Assembly: GCF_902459465.1 (NCBI RefSeq)
Contig: NC_047067.1
Location: forward strand, 16,616,001 to 16,680,000
From: Asterias rubens
Taxonomy: Eukaryota
Direction of reading: 5' to 3'
DNA: 64,000 nt
Shown one piece after another: positions 1 to 10,434 of the stretch. Position 1 is the stretch's first letter, and each line of letters opens with the position of its first letter. Under the pieces are notes generated by a model, which was not told the origin of the DNA, made no database searches, and saw only the letters and a list, made by a program, of their open reading frames with translations. The position numbers and the translations under genes were made by a program.

Positions 1-639
1 TTATGATGATGTCGTCACAAACAAATTAATGATAATTTAAATGTTTTGCACATTTAAGTCATAAATTGCTAGCTGAGCGTGGTACAAACCAAATTCTTTT
101 TTAAAATAATAATAACTGGAGATAGTGATTGTAAAAAATCACACAGCTGTTTCCGAATGTTTTGTTAATAAAAGTTTTCTATGCTACAATAAAACGCACA
201 CATTACAACTGTATGACATGTGATTACCTGGTCTCGTATCTGATCGCGCACTGGATTTTTCTACTATGACGTCAGTATCGGTAACTGAGTGACACGCGGC
301 GCAGTGCACCTTTTACCGCATACATTCTGCAGTTGCTTTGTAGATTGGTTCCGCAGTTTTTCCTAGCTCGACGGCGGCAAACATGACAATCTTTTTTCCT
401 TCTAGACAGACTTGGCGCTGCGCGCTCGTGTTGTGTGCTACGCACACAATGTTTCTATTTTTTGTAGTGATTTTAGGTTGCACTCCCACTTTTTCAGTTT
501 GCACTCCCACTTTCCAAATTCCTGGCTAAGACACTGTTTTGTACACAAAAAATAAAGCGCGCAAACGTATCCTGTCATGATGATGTGATTGAACATTTTA
601 GGCCACAAACAGCATCTGTAATACAAGACAAGTCCATAA

Positions 640-1125
640 CCAAACAAAAATTGGGATTGAATGTTTAATTCTTGAGATATGATGGGAACAATATTGCCTA
701 ATTAAATATTCATACAGCTATCACGTGAATAATTAATTAAGAATGTTAATCTAATTAAATCTAAAAATTAAGTTAGGCCTTATGCTTTCATATGGTATAT
801 TATTTGTCTTTTTCTGGTAATTCTAATTTGAAATTTGACAATTTTAAAACTCAAAATCGTAATGACTTGAAAGTCAATACGATATTGAGGAAAGAAAGAA
901 TAATAATAGTAATAATAAAAACTTTAACAAATCTGGACGATTACAATAGCTGTTCCAACGGAACTGTCGGAACAGCTAATAATAAAAAAATTAAAAATCT
1001 GGACGATTACAATAGCTGTTCCGACGGAACTGTCGGAACAGCTAATAATAATAAAAAAAAATTAAAATCTGGACGATTACAATAGCTGTTCCAACTGAAC
1101 TTCGGAACAGCTAATAATAAAAACA
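640..1125 (+). mobile_element. Non-autonomous interspersed repeat (Helentron/HINE-like) ending in three tandem copies of a hairpin-bearing 3' unit
   Basis: Near-identical copy at about 2440-2780. Ends in units AATCTGGACGATTACAAT-AGCTGTTCCGAC-GGAACT-GTCGGAACAGCT-AATAAT (hairpins at 948-977, 1014-1043, 1084-1112). Class assignment is inference. Confidence 0.55.
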
Positions 1126-1242
1126 ATCTTGATATAGTGATTGTATACAATCACAAAGCTGTTCCTGAATGTTTTGTTAATAAAAGTTTTCTATGCTACA
1201 ATAAAACACACACATTACAACTCTATGACATTTGATTACCTG

Positions 1243-2105
1243 CCCCCGATTTCACGAAGCTTGCGACAAGTGCAAGTTGCGACCGGTTACACGTCGTAAG
1301 TTGCGATGCGTATGGAATCCATTTCATCAAAGTTACGATGCGTTGGATACGTCGCAAGTTCCTTGACAACGAGGAAGAACACGTCGTAAGTTACGACGAC
1401 CCATAGGGTCGTCGTAAGAATGCTATGTTTCATTTGTTTACATACAAAATGCATGAAAGGACATAACAATTACCACACGTAACTTCCGTGAACCAATCGG
1501 GAAGACACTAGTTTTAGTTTAGTTTAGTTTTATGTGACTTACACTGGCATAAAAATACAGAAATACAAATCGATACGAAAAAAAAAATAAAGAATCGAAT
1601 GCCGCCGCCGCGTGCGCCTTGAATAAAGGCTAGGTAACTTGCAGCACTTAGACAACAAATGGAAACTTACCCTCCCCCCCCAAAAAAAAAGGGACGGGTA
1701 AAAGAAAAGAAAACAAACACGCACAACAAACGAACACACACAAACTAAAACAACTAAACAAATAAATAATTATAAACCAAAAAAAACAAAAGAAAATTTC
1801 TATTAAACACTAGTCCGAAACGGTTGAGTGTCTGCCATCTTGAATGAACTATAATACACGACTGTTTCATGACCAAGTTGTACACAACATAAAACAGCCG
1901 CAGAACTTTAGCAGTTCATCCTCGTCCAAAGGGTAGTTTTTATTAAGAGGGAAAATGGTTTGAGTTGCGACTCGTCGCGCTTACGACGTGTTTGGTGAAA
2001 TGGATTGTGGAACTCGTCGCAGCTGCGACGTGTCTTTGGTCTGCGACGCATCGCAAACCCTACGATGCGTCGCTACTTGCGATGAGTTTCGTGAAATCAG
2101 GGGGG
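1243..2105. mobile_element. MITE with CTG target-site duplication (PIF/Harbinger-group-like)
   Basis: Imperfect TIRs CCCCCGATTTCACGAA / TTCGTGAAATCAGGGGGG. CTG at 1240-1242 and 2106-2108. An empty-site paralog GATTACCTGGTCTCGTATCTGAT lies at about 222-244. Confidence 0.75.
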
Positions 2106-2109
2106 CTGG

Positions 2110-2780
2110 TCTTGTATCTGATACTAAATCAAAATGAGCTTTAACACACACAAAAAAAGGTCAACATGGCGTTCCATAACTGAAAAAAGTTTGAAAATCG
2201 GTTGTGTTGTTTTTGAGATAAGGTCCCACTTCCGGTTGACCCAGAAATAAAGGTCAACATGGGGTCACGGTTTTCAAAGTTAATATTTAATGCCTATAAG
2301 TAGTCTATAACTAAAAAAAGTTTGGAAATCGGTTGTGTAGTTCTTGAGAAATGGTCCCACTTCCGGTTGAACCGGAAGAAGAGGTCAAAATGGGGTCACA
2401 AATTTTCCCCGACAAACTGTAATGCCTAATGAGTCTCTAACTAATATTACCTAATTAAATATTCATACAGCTGTCTTGTGAATAATTAATTAAGAATGTT
2501 AATCTAATTAAATCTAAAAATTAAGTTAGGCCATATGCTTTCATATGGTATATGATTTGTCTCTTTCTGGTAATTCTAATTTGACATTTGACATATTTTA
2601 AAGTCAAGGGTTAAGTCAATACGATTTTGAGGAAAGAAAGAATATAAAAATAAAAAATAATAATAAAAATCTTGACGATTACAATAGCTGTTTCGACGGA
2701 ACTGTCGGAACAGCTAAAAAAATAAAAATCTTGACGATTACAATAGGTGTTTCGACTGAACTGTCGGAACAGTTATTAAC
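2110..2780 (+). mobile_element. Second copy of the HINE-like repeat, with two 3' hairpin units
   Basis: 2440-2780 aligns with 690-1110. Hairpins at about 2686-2715 and 2744-2773. Confidence 0.55.
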
Positions 2781-3544
2781 AAATTCTTATATATAGCGCT
2801 TCTCACAATAACTTTGTCAATGCGCTTTACATTAGTTCCCTGGTCATTGGGCCAATAGCATCCCTTGATTCTTTCTCAGCTCACAAGGCCTTTTGCATAG
2901 TTCCCAAAGAGCAATTGCAGTGAAACCTTCAGTGATGAAAGGTAGTGCAACAATTATCCTAAAACAATGATGTCATGATGACCTTATCACCTGTCACATG
3001 ACGTCATCTTAAATGTTGCTATTTTAATTAATTTGAAAAAATACCAACACACGATACATAAAGCGCCCTCTAGTGGTAGGTTGAAAACTCTTCAAAATGA
3101 ACTTTTTGAAGGTTTGTGGTGAAAGTAGCTTCTGGCTTGATCATCAGGCTTGACGGTCAGGCTTGACCGTCAGGCAGCCATCATACATGTATGTGTAAAG
3201 TTTTTGATAAATGACGTCATCGAGGGTAACGTGACGTGGCATTAATGGTGTACTTTTTGAAGTCGTATACATGTAACTCCCGAAGTGCTTGTGCGATCAT
3301 GTTGAAACTTTGTACATGTAGGTTGTTTAGATAGAGGCAAGTTCTTGTAAACTATGAAATGATGTAATATTGTCATCATCACAATTTTGTTTAGCACCTT
3401 TAAGTCGTACATGTAAATAGCTAACTGAGCATGCTTTAAAAGGCATGATTCATATAACTGCTTGGAATACAAAAAGATTAAAAATTTTGAAAAAATTATG
3501 GGTCGAAACAGCTCAGCATTTGTGCACAAATGCAATCATGTCTA

Positions 3545-3732
3545 GGGTGCCGTGGCAAAGCAGATAAGCTAGAGCACCGAACTCAAGCTCTGGTGCTTCT
3601 GTTCAGCAGAGTGTGGGTTCAAGTCCCAGTCATGACACTTGTGTCCCTGAGCAAGACACTTAACTATAATTGCTTCTCTCCACCCAGGGGTAAATGGCTA
3701 CCTGTGAGGGCAGAGATAGTTCTTGTGATTGG
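3545..3732 (+). mobile_element. tRNA-derived CORE-type SINE, 3'-truncated
   Basis: A box (GTGGCAAAGCAG), B box (GGTTCAAGTCCC), then TGTGTCCCTGAGCAAGACACTTAAC...GTAAATGG resembling the MIR/CORE domain. Same head as 45202-45606. Confidence 0.75.
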
Positions 3733-3736
3733 TTAA

Positions 3737-4108
3737 AGGAACATTACAGAATAGGTATTTGCTAACAAAACAGTTGCTGGAGGTGGAAGCACTTTATGTA
3801 ATCCATCATGAACATAAACTGACAAACCTGTAGAATTTTAAAATCGATTGGCCATCTGGGTCACGAGAGAATAGTGAAAAACCGATTACAAATTTTGCAT
3901 TGCATCGATGCAAAACAAAAATAAAACGCTCACTGAGCGATAAACTCAAAGCGTGAAATAAGATTATTTATTTCTCATCAAATATGACATTTCAGACAGA
4001 AATATTTCAAGGGATGTTTTCTATTATCATCATCATTAGACTGTGTAGGTTTTATGTAAATCTGTGATCCTCACGATTTTGGTTTCTTACCAATTCTGTA
4101 ACGTTCCT
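3737..4108. mobile_element. MITE at a TTAA site (Kolobok/piggyBac-type target)
   Basis: TIRs AGGAACATTACAGAATAGG / CCAATTCTGTAACGTTCC(T). TTAA at 3733-3736; TTAA at the right end overlaps the last TIR base. Confidence 0.7.
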
Positions 4109-5264
4109 TAAAGCCGAGTAGCGCATATTAATGTTGCACAGGCAGTATACTCCTAGGGAGCTGAGATGGTTTAAGTAATTATTTAGTTATTATTATCGCT
4201 ATAGTTTAGATGGTGATTTTGTATCGAATGCAGAGCTTTAAAATAAATAAAAAGAAGTCTAGCATACATTGCGTGTTGGTGATCTAGTACATGTATTTTA
4301 AATTTTTAATATTGAACGAGTGCGACTCATGCAACGCCCTCCCCTCTCTCTCCAGTCCAAATTTTCATTTTAAACAAAAACACGCCTCCAATGGTTTTAG
4401 CATAGCCTGTCCCATAAAAGTGCTCTTGATTTTCCAATGATTGCGCCTTAACTATTACAGATATCTGAAACACTGTGAGTATATGTACCGGTTTGACTTA
4501 AGGCTTCTACATACATTAACAAAGTTGTTTGATGCACCCATGTCCTGGGAAAAAAAACAACAATCAGAACTGTCTTCGTGGCTACACATATGTCTTCCCT
4601 ATTCACAAAGTTTCTCTGCAGGCTTCATGTATGATTTCACTCTTCCTTTCCAAACATGTGAAGCTCTTTGCTCAGTTGGGTCAAAGTTCAGCTACAATGG
4701 TATGGTGTGCCAAAAGCAACCAAATATTAACAGTAAATAAATATATACACGATTTAGGTCGCTACAAGGTCATAATGGGTATGAATGACCGTGTAGGTAC
4801 ACCTTACTTAACTTGGCCCCAAATTATATTCATATAACAGTATAACAAGTAAAATGTGTAGCTGTTTAATTTGGAATTTGATTTATTATTTTTACAGACT
4901 GTGCATTGGAATTAAAAAGCTGCTGGTTTTGCTTGAGTTGGTGAGACAGACTGACAAGGGATTTCGAGTTCCAAAGCTGCTTTGCTTGTTAGAAGAAGAA
5001 GCTGGGTAAGAAAATGTTTAGTCATAGTGAATGTCCAAAACCATTGTAATAGGATGAATATTTTACATGATTTTCTTTCAATGTAATGGTTTGTTCTCAT
5101 AGTTTTGACTTATAGGCACATGACTGTCCAAATAGAAACGGTTGAATAACCGTTTGATGGTGGTTGCCTCCAATGGTTGAAAGTAGAAAAAGTTCAAAGT
5201 GTTTGCCAAATGAACTTATGAAATGTATTTTCTAAGAAACACAGCCAAATACTCACGTAATTTT

Positions 5265-5303
5265 GTTTACGTTTCGACTAGTTTCACTAGTCATCCTCAG
5301 AAC
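5265..5303 (-). ncRNA. Minimal hammerhead ribozyme motif in the 3' pseudo-LTR
   Basis: Minus strand GUU-CUGAGGA-U-GACUAGU-GAA-ACUAGUC-GAAACGUA-AAC: core boxes, 7-bp stem II, palindromic ACGU stem III, predicted GUA cleavage site, only a 3-bp stem I. Confidence 0.65.
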
Positions 5304-6799
5304 GAGGCACCACCAGTCGGTTGGTGGCGCTGTTGCCTGCTTCGGCCACTGGATAGTGGTTTGGCCAAGTGTGTCCTCCCCCGGGGTGGAACTTGGGGTA
5401 TAAGGGGGTCCCATATGTGTGATAGTTCATACCCTCTCTCGTCTCTGTTCAGAGTAGATCGTCGCCTCCTTATCCAGAGACTTTCCCGTATCCATCGTCT
5501 ATATCTGTCACCCTCTTTATGTAGAATTGCGCTGTCCGCCCAATTCATCACGTGATTGTTATCCCTAGCATGATCTTTTATGGCCGATTTGGTTTCTTTT
5601 CCTATTGTGGATGTTTTTCTTGCCCTCGTCATGGTGCCGGATGTTAGTTTGTTGACTTCTGTTTTGTGTTCTTCGAACCGAGTACCAAATTTTCTCCCCG
5701 TTTCCCCGATGTAAGATAGTTGACACGACTGGCATGGAATTTCGTATACCACGCCACATTTCTGTTCTTTTTCGATCTTGTCTTTGGGATGTACTAGAAG
5801 TTGCCTGAGTGTGCGATGAGGCTTGACAGGACATTCCTCTCTATATTTTTTCATAGATCTTTGTATCCGCTCTGATACACCTTTAACGTAAGGTAGTACC
5901 ACTATTGATTTTGGTTCATCCCTGGATTTGGTTGGCTTGTTCCCTTGGGCTTCTTGTGATTTGTCGTTTTTCCTTATGATGTCCTGCTCTACTTTTTTGA
6001 ATGTCCAATTCGGGTAGCCACAATTCTTCAGTGTTGTTTTGACATGTTGAGTTTCCTTGATCTTATCCTCCTCATCTGTAACGATGTTATCCTTCCTATC
6101 CAATAGAGTTTTCACTACTGAAAGTTTGTGTTGTACCGGGTGGTGTGAGCTGAACATCAAATATTGATTGGTGTGGTCTGGTTTTCTGTACACCTGGAGC
6201 TTGACGCTGCCGTCTGTTTTTTTGACGATCATGGTGTCTAAGAAAGCTAACTTTCCCTCTGTTTCTTCCTCTACCGTGAACTTGATGTTGCCAGTATCAT
6301 CGATGGTGTTGAGATGGTCTGTCAGCATGCCCGTCGTCCCTTTCTTTACTTTCTCCAAGATGTCGTCAACATATCTCTTCCAAAGACTGGGCTTACATAT
6401 CTCTGGTGCTTGGGAATTGCCTTTCCTTCCAGATCTTCCATGAAAAGGTTGGCCATGATAGCTGACAAGGGGTCTCCCATAGCAAACCCAGTCGTTCGAA
6501 CAAACGTTGTTTTTCCTTTTTATTTCCTCGTTGAAATGGTCCAATTTGTTGTTGTTTACACGGATTCTTTTTCGTAGTATGTCTTTCTGGGCTTTCCTTA
6601 CGATGTCACGTGCATTGTTCGTATTGATGGGGCATTTAAGACGTAGATTGGGAGGGGAGAGATTCTCGTCACGGCATCGCAGATTGAAGATTATATGGTT
6701 GCGGAATCTTGCTGCTTTTATCTCCAATTTCTCAAAATTCTGAATTTCCAACACAGTCTGTTGTCCATATTTTTGACGAATATCATAAAAGAATTTCAT
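5297..6799 (-). CDS. Penelope RT-GIY-YIG ORF, 500 aa; RT N-terminal motifs deleted and the FAMGDPLS motif out of frame
   Basis: ORF track. Penelope-type N-terminus, YVDD, thumb region HHPVQHK, GIY-YIG. TGFAMGDPLSAIMANLFME is readable only in another frame at about 6420-6495. Confidence 0.85.
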   Translation of the reverse strand: MKFFYDIRQKYGQQTVLEIQNFEKLEIKAARFRNHIIFNLRCRDENLSPPNLRLKCPINTNNARDIVRKAQKDILRKRIRVNNNKLDHFNEEIKRKNNVCSNDWVCYGRPLVSYHGQPFHGRSGRKGNSQAPEICKPSLWKRYVDDILEKVKKGTTGMLTDHLNTIDDTGNIKFTVEEETEGKLAFLDTMIVKKTDGSVKLQVYRKPDHTNQYLMFSSHHPVQHKLSVVKTLLDRKDNIVTDEEDKIKETQHVKTTLKNCGYPNWTFKKVEQDIIRKNDKSQEAQGNKPTKSRDEPKSIVVLPYVKGVSERIQRSMKKYREECPVKPHRTLRQLLVHPKDKIEKEQKCGVVYEIPCQSCQLSYIGETGRKFGTRFEEHKTEVNKLTSGTMTRARKTSTIGKETKSAIKDHARDNNHVMNWADSAILHKEGDRYRRWIRESLWIRRRRSTLNRDERGYELSHIWDPLIPQVPPRGRTHLAKPLSSGRSRQQRHQPTGGASF

Positions 6800-6860
6800 C
6801 AGGCTGGTAACATATCAACTTATTACATGTATTTTCACAGCCAAATACTCACGTAATTTT

Positions 6861-6899
6861 GTTTACGTTTCGACTAGTTTCACTAGTCATCCTCAGAAC
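6861..6899 (-). ncRNA. Identical hammerhead motif in the 5' pseudo-LTR
   Basis: Sequence identical to 5265-5303. Confidence 0.65.
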
Positions 6900-7716
6900 G
6901 AGGCACCACCATTCGGTTAGTGGCGCTGTTGCCTGCTTCGGCCACTGGATGATTGGGGGGGGGGGGGTCAGGGCCAAATAACAAAAGCTTTTGGTGTTTT
7001 GAGGGAACAAAATCAAGCCTCCATAATATTAATACCTAAAAACTTGGAAGTAGACACACTTTTCAAGCACTCCTAATCAAAATCCTAATAGCCCTCCCCT
7101 TCCATGGGAGCGCTGGTGCACTAAACCCAAGTGACATCATCTACACGAGTAATCAGCATGTGTTTTTGCAAGTAAGAAATTTGTACATGTCTACTTGGCA
7201 GTGAAACTGGTGTGTTCCAGAGAAGAGCATTAAAAAGCCGCTGTTCATGGAAACTCAAGAGCTGAAATGTTGGGTCAGAAAATCAAATTTCCACCAAGGG
7301 TGATGGGCAGTGTGCAAATCTGAAAATACAAGTAAAGCAAATTTGTGTGCATTGCTTGGTAAGCACTTTTGTTTTGCGTTTTGCTTCATGTGTCCTCTGT
7401 CCTTAAACATAATGCGCAGTATCCCTGTTGTGCACAGCAGTATCTTTAATTTGTGACATCCATGGTTCAAGGAGTATTAGTAAAGGATTAGTAACAGATT
7501 AGCAGCAGCTGTACATTGACCTCCGGCAGACCAGCCGAAGCCCTTTTGTTATGCCCTGTGGAGGCAAAGTCACCAAAGGGGCATACTGTTTCCGACATGT
7601 CCTTCCATGTGTGGGTGTGGTAGTATCCACATTCAAACCGGGTACCTATAACATACATGTACATGTAATATCTACAAATTATAACTCAGAAGGCCTCAAA
7701 ATATTTCATGTGGAAT

Positions 7717-8600
7717 GGTCATTGGACCCCCCCCCCCCTTCCACCCATAGTGGTCTGTCCTTTTTTGACCACAGGTAAGCAATTAATCATTATGGCTAAA
7801 ACAAAGGAAATGTAGTCTGAGCAATATCTCGAGAAGTACTTGTCATATCAACTCCAATCTTCGTTTGTGGATTAGTCTTGGTCATTGGACCCCCCCCCCT
7901 TTCCACCCACAGTGGTCTGTCCTTTTTTGACCACAGGCAAGCAATTAATCATTATGGCTAAAACAAAGGAAATGTAGTCTGAGCAATATCTCGAGAAGTA
8001 CTTGTCATATCAACTCCAATCTTCGTTTGTGGATTAGTCTTGGAATCCCCCGCCCCCAGAGGTCTGTTGATGCTGGCCAGGCAGAAAGAAAAAATGTCAT
8101 GATGGCTAAAACAAAGGAAATGGTGTCAGGGTAATATCTCGAGAAAAACTTGTCATATCAACTCCAAACTTGGTTTGTGGGTCGGTCTTTGGTTGTGGAT
8201 TGGTCTCGGACCCCCCCCCCCCCTTAGTCTAGGTCTGTCAGTGTTGGACTATAGGCAAACAAAGAAGGTAATTATGGCTAAAACAAAGGAAATGGTGTCT
8301 GAGCACTCAAGAAGTAAATATCAACTCAAACTTGGTTCAAAATATCAAATTTGGTTTGTGGATTGGTCTTGAGATCCCCAAGAAGCCTATTGCTTTTGCA
8401 CCCTATGGCAAACTTTTAGGTCATTATGACTAGAACCAAAGAAATATTGTCTGAGCAATATCTCGAGAAGTGCATGTGCATGTACTTGCCATATCAACTC
8501 CAAACTATCCCCAAGAAACTATTGCTTTTACACCCTAGGCCAAATGTCAAGGTTATGGCAAAAACAAAAGAAATGTTGCCTTCCCACCATACTATCCACT
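7717..8600 (+). repeat. Degenerate tandem array of about 160-bp units
   Basis: First two units (7717, 7880; period 163) are nearly identical. Later units keep ATGGCTAAAACAAAGGAAATG...TCTCGAGAAG...ATATCAACTCCAA. Confidence 0.8.
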
Positions 8601-8859
8601 CTGTCTTCCCTCACCCCTCCTCACCTATTCTTCCCAACTCATCTTCCCAAGTCGAATTTCATGGGTTGAGTACTTGTCAAGATTTCAGTTAAATGCGTGA
8701 GTGAGTGGTTTATGGTCAGTATACACACAAAATGATCGACCTTCGAGCATATCAAAAGTGTCTTACACTCAAATATACAGCCAACAATGCTTTCCCAAAA
8801 GCACTGTATCTTGTTTCTGCGGATTGTAATCTTTTTGAAAAGAACCCGAGAGGTTGCCA

Positions 8860-9430
8860 AGTAGAGCCAACAACCGGTAGAGATCTGTAGAGAGACCTAA
8901 CTACCAGGCTAAAAGAACATAAAGCACACGGCCGCAGAGGGGAATATGACAAATCTGCCATTGTCAAACACTCCATCGATTTAGACCATGTCATAGATTG
9001 GGATCAGGCTCGAATCATAGCACCTGAGAGACACTGGTATACAAGGCGTATAAGGGAAACTGTCGAAATACACAGACACGACACTGTGCCACAAGATATC
9101 GGTTATTTCATCAGCAGCATTTGGCATACTATCCTACCACCCTCCTTCTCTAACAACCCCCAACCTACTGACACGCCTCACTACACCCGAGAGGTTTCTC
9201 ACACAATGGCCAACCCTAACAATAGCACTGAGCCCGCCAACCACACAACCAATCAGAGCATTGATTGACCTGCGGTGGATCCACTGAACCCCTATAAATA
9301 AGCCCACTCTTATCTTACCTCTTCAGTTTCCTGACGATGACTAGAGCTAGTCGAAAAGTTTACACCAATTCAGAACTACTGACTCCGCGGCAGTACAGTT
9401 AATTACGATCCTATAAGCTAAAGTCCAGTC
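8860..9430 (+). mobile_element. 3' fragment of a second Penelope-like element (GIY-YIG C-terminal half plus pLTR)
   Basis: Translation LTTRLKEHKAHGRRGEYDKSAIVKHSIDLDHVIDWDQARII...RRIRETVEIHRH...DIGYFISSIW. Degenerate hammerhead CTGACGA-T-GACTAG-AG-CTAGTC-GAAAAGTT at 9331-9360. Confidence 0.85.
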
Positions 9431-10434
9431 TATTTTCTATACCATCCGCCCTGGTAATAGTTAAAAAGCAGGACAGTTCTTTTCAGAACTGAGAAGTCTC
9501 CCGAACCTCCGATTATCTACTCTGCGGCAGTAGAATAAAACAAGACAGTTCTCTAAGAACAACTCTACCTGGCAAGTAGATACACATATGTTGTTACCGC
9601 AAACCAAATATACATCGATACCTCACCATGCAATGCCTCAAATCCTACATGTATATAGAGCCAACAAGTTGTTGCAAAACTGCACCTACAGCTCATTGGA
9701 TGCATCTGTTGTAAGGTTTTATGGAGCATTTGGGTGTTGATGAGATAATAATGTGGCTTGAGCTAAAGCCGTTTTGCTCTCATTAAAAGCTGCAAGTTCA
9801 GCCTCTACAAGTTTGATCGTCTTGTTTTGCTTTTGCTTTGTTTGCTTTAGGATGTCTGTGAGTGGCTGAACAATGTGAGCGCATGATGGAACAAATCAGC
9901 GATAAAAGTTCAACAACCCTAAATATATCGTCGCAATTGGCGAAGGGAGTTTGGGTCAGGAAAATCTGCAATAGCTTGTATTTGCTCTGGGAGAAGAGTA
10001 ATACCATCGGCAGTGACAAAATGACCAAGAAATTCGACATTGTTGACCCCAAAAACACACTTATTAACGTTTTCACAACACTGTATTCATCTAAGCGGTC
10101 AAAAAGTTGTTTCAGATGTGCATAATGTTTTACAGCAGAATTGCTGGCTACAAGTAAGTCATCAATATATGAATATTTATGTACAAATGGTAAATCACGT
10201 AATACTTGGTCAATAAAGTGCTGAAATGTTTTTGTGCCGCATTTCGTAGACCGAAGGGCATCCTAACAAATTCAAAAAGACCAAATGGCGTTGTTATAGC
10301 TGTTTTGTGAACATCGCAAGGCTCTTCAGGAATTTGATGATAGGCTCTCGCTAAATCAATTTTAGAAAATACAGTTTTCCCATTTAATGATGCAGTGAAA
10401 TCGTGAATGTGGGGAATTGGATAACGGTCAGGGA

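Larger units (their letters stand above)
5241..6950 (-). mobile_element. Penelope-like retroelement, internally deleted, with direct pseudo-LTRs
   Basis: 114-bp direct repeats at 5241-5354 and 6837-6950 (2 mismatches) flank an ORF with RT (WKRYVDD) and GIY-YIG (GVVYEIPCQSCQLSYIGETGRKF) motifs. Confidence 0.93.

Noticed and set aside
9798-10125. Host protein-coding ORFs
   Set aside because: Short, with no splice support. The KKFDIVDPK motif suggests a very decayed LINE RT, but it is too weak to annotate.
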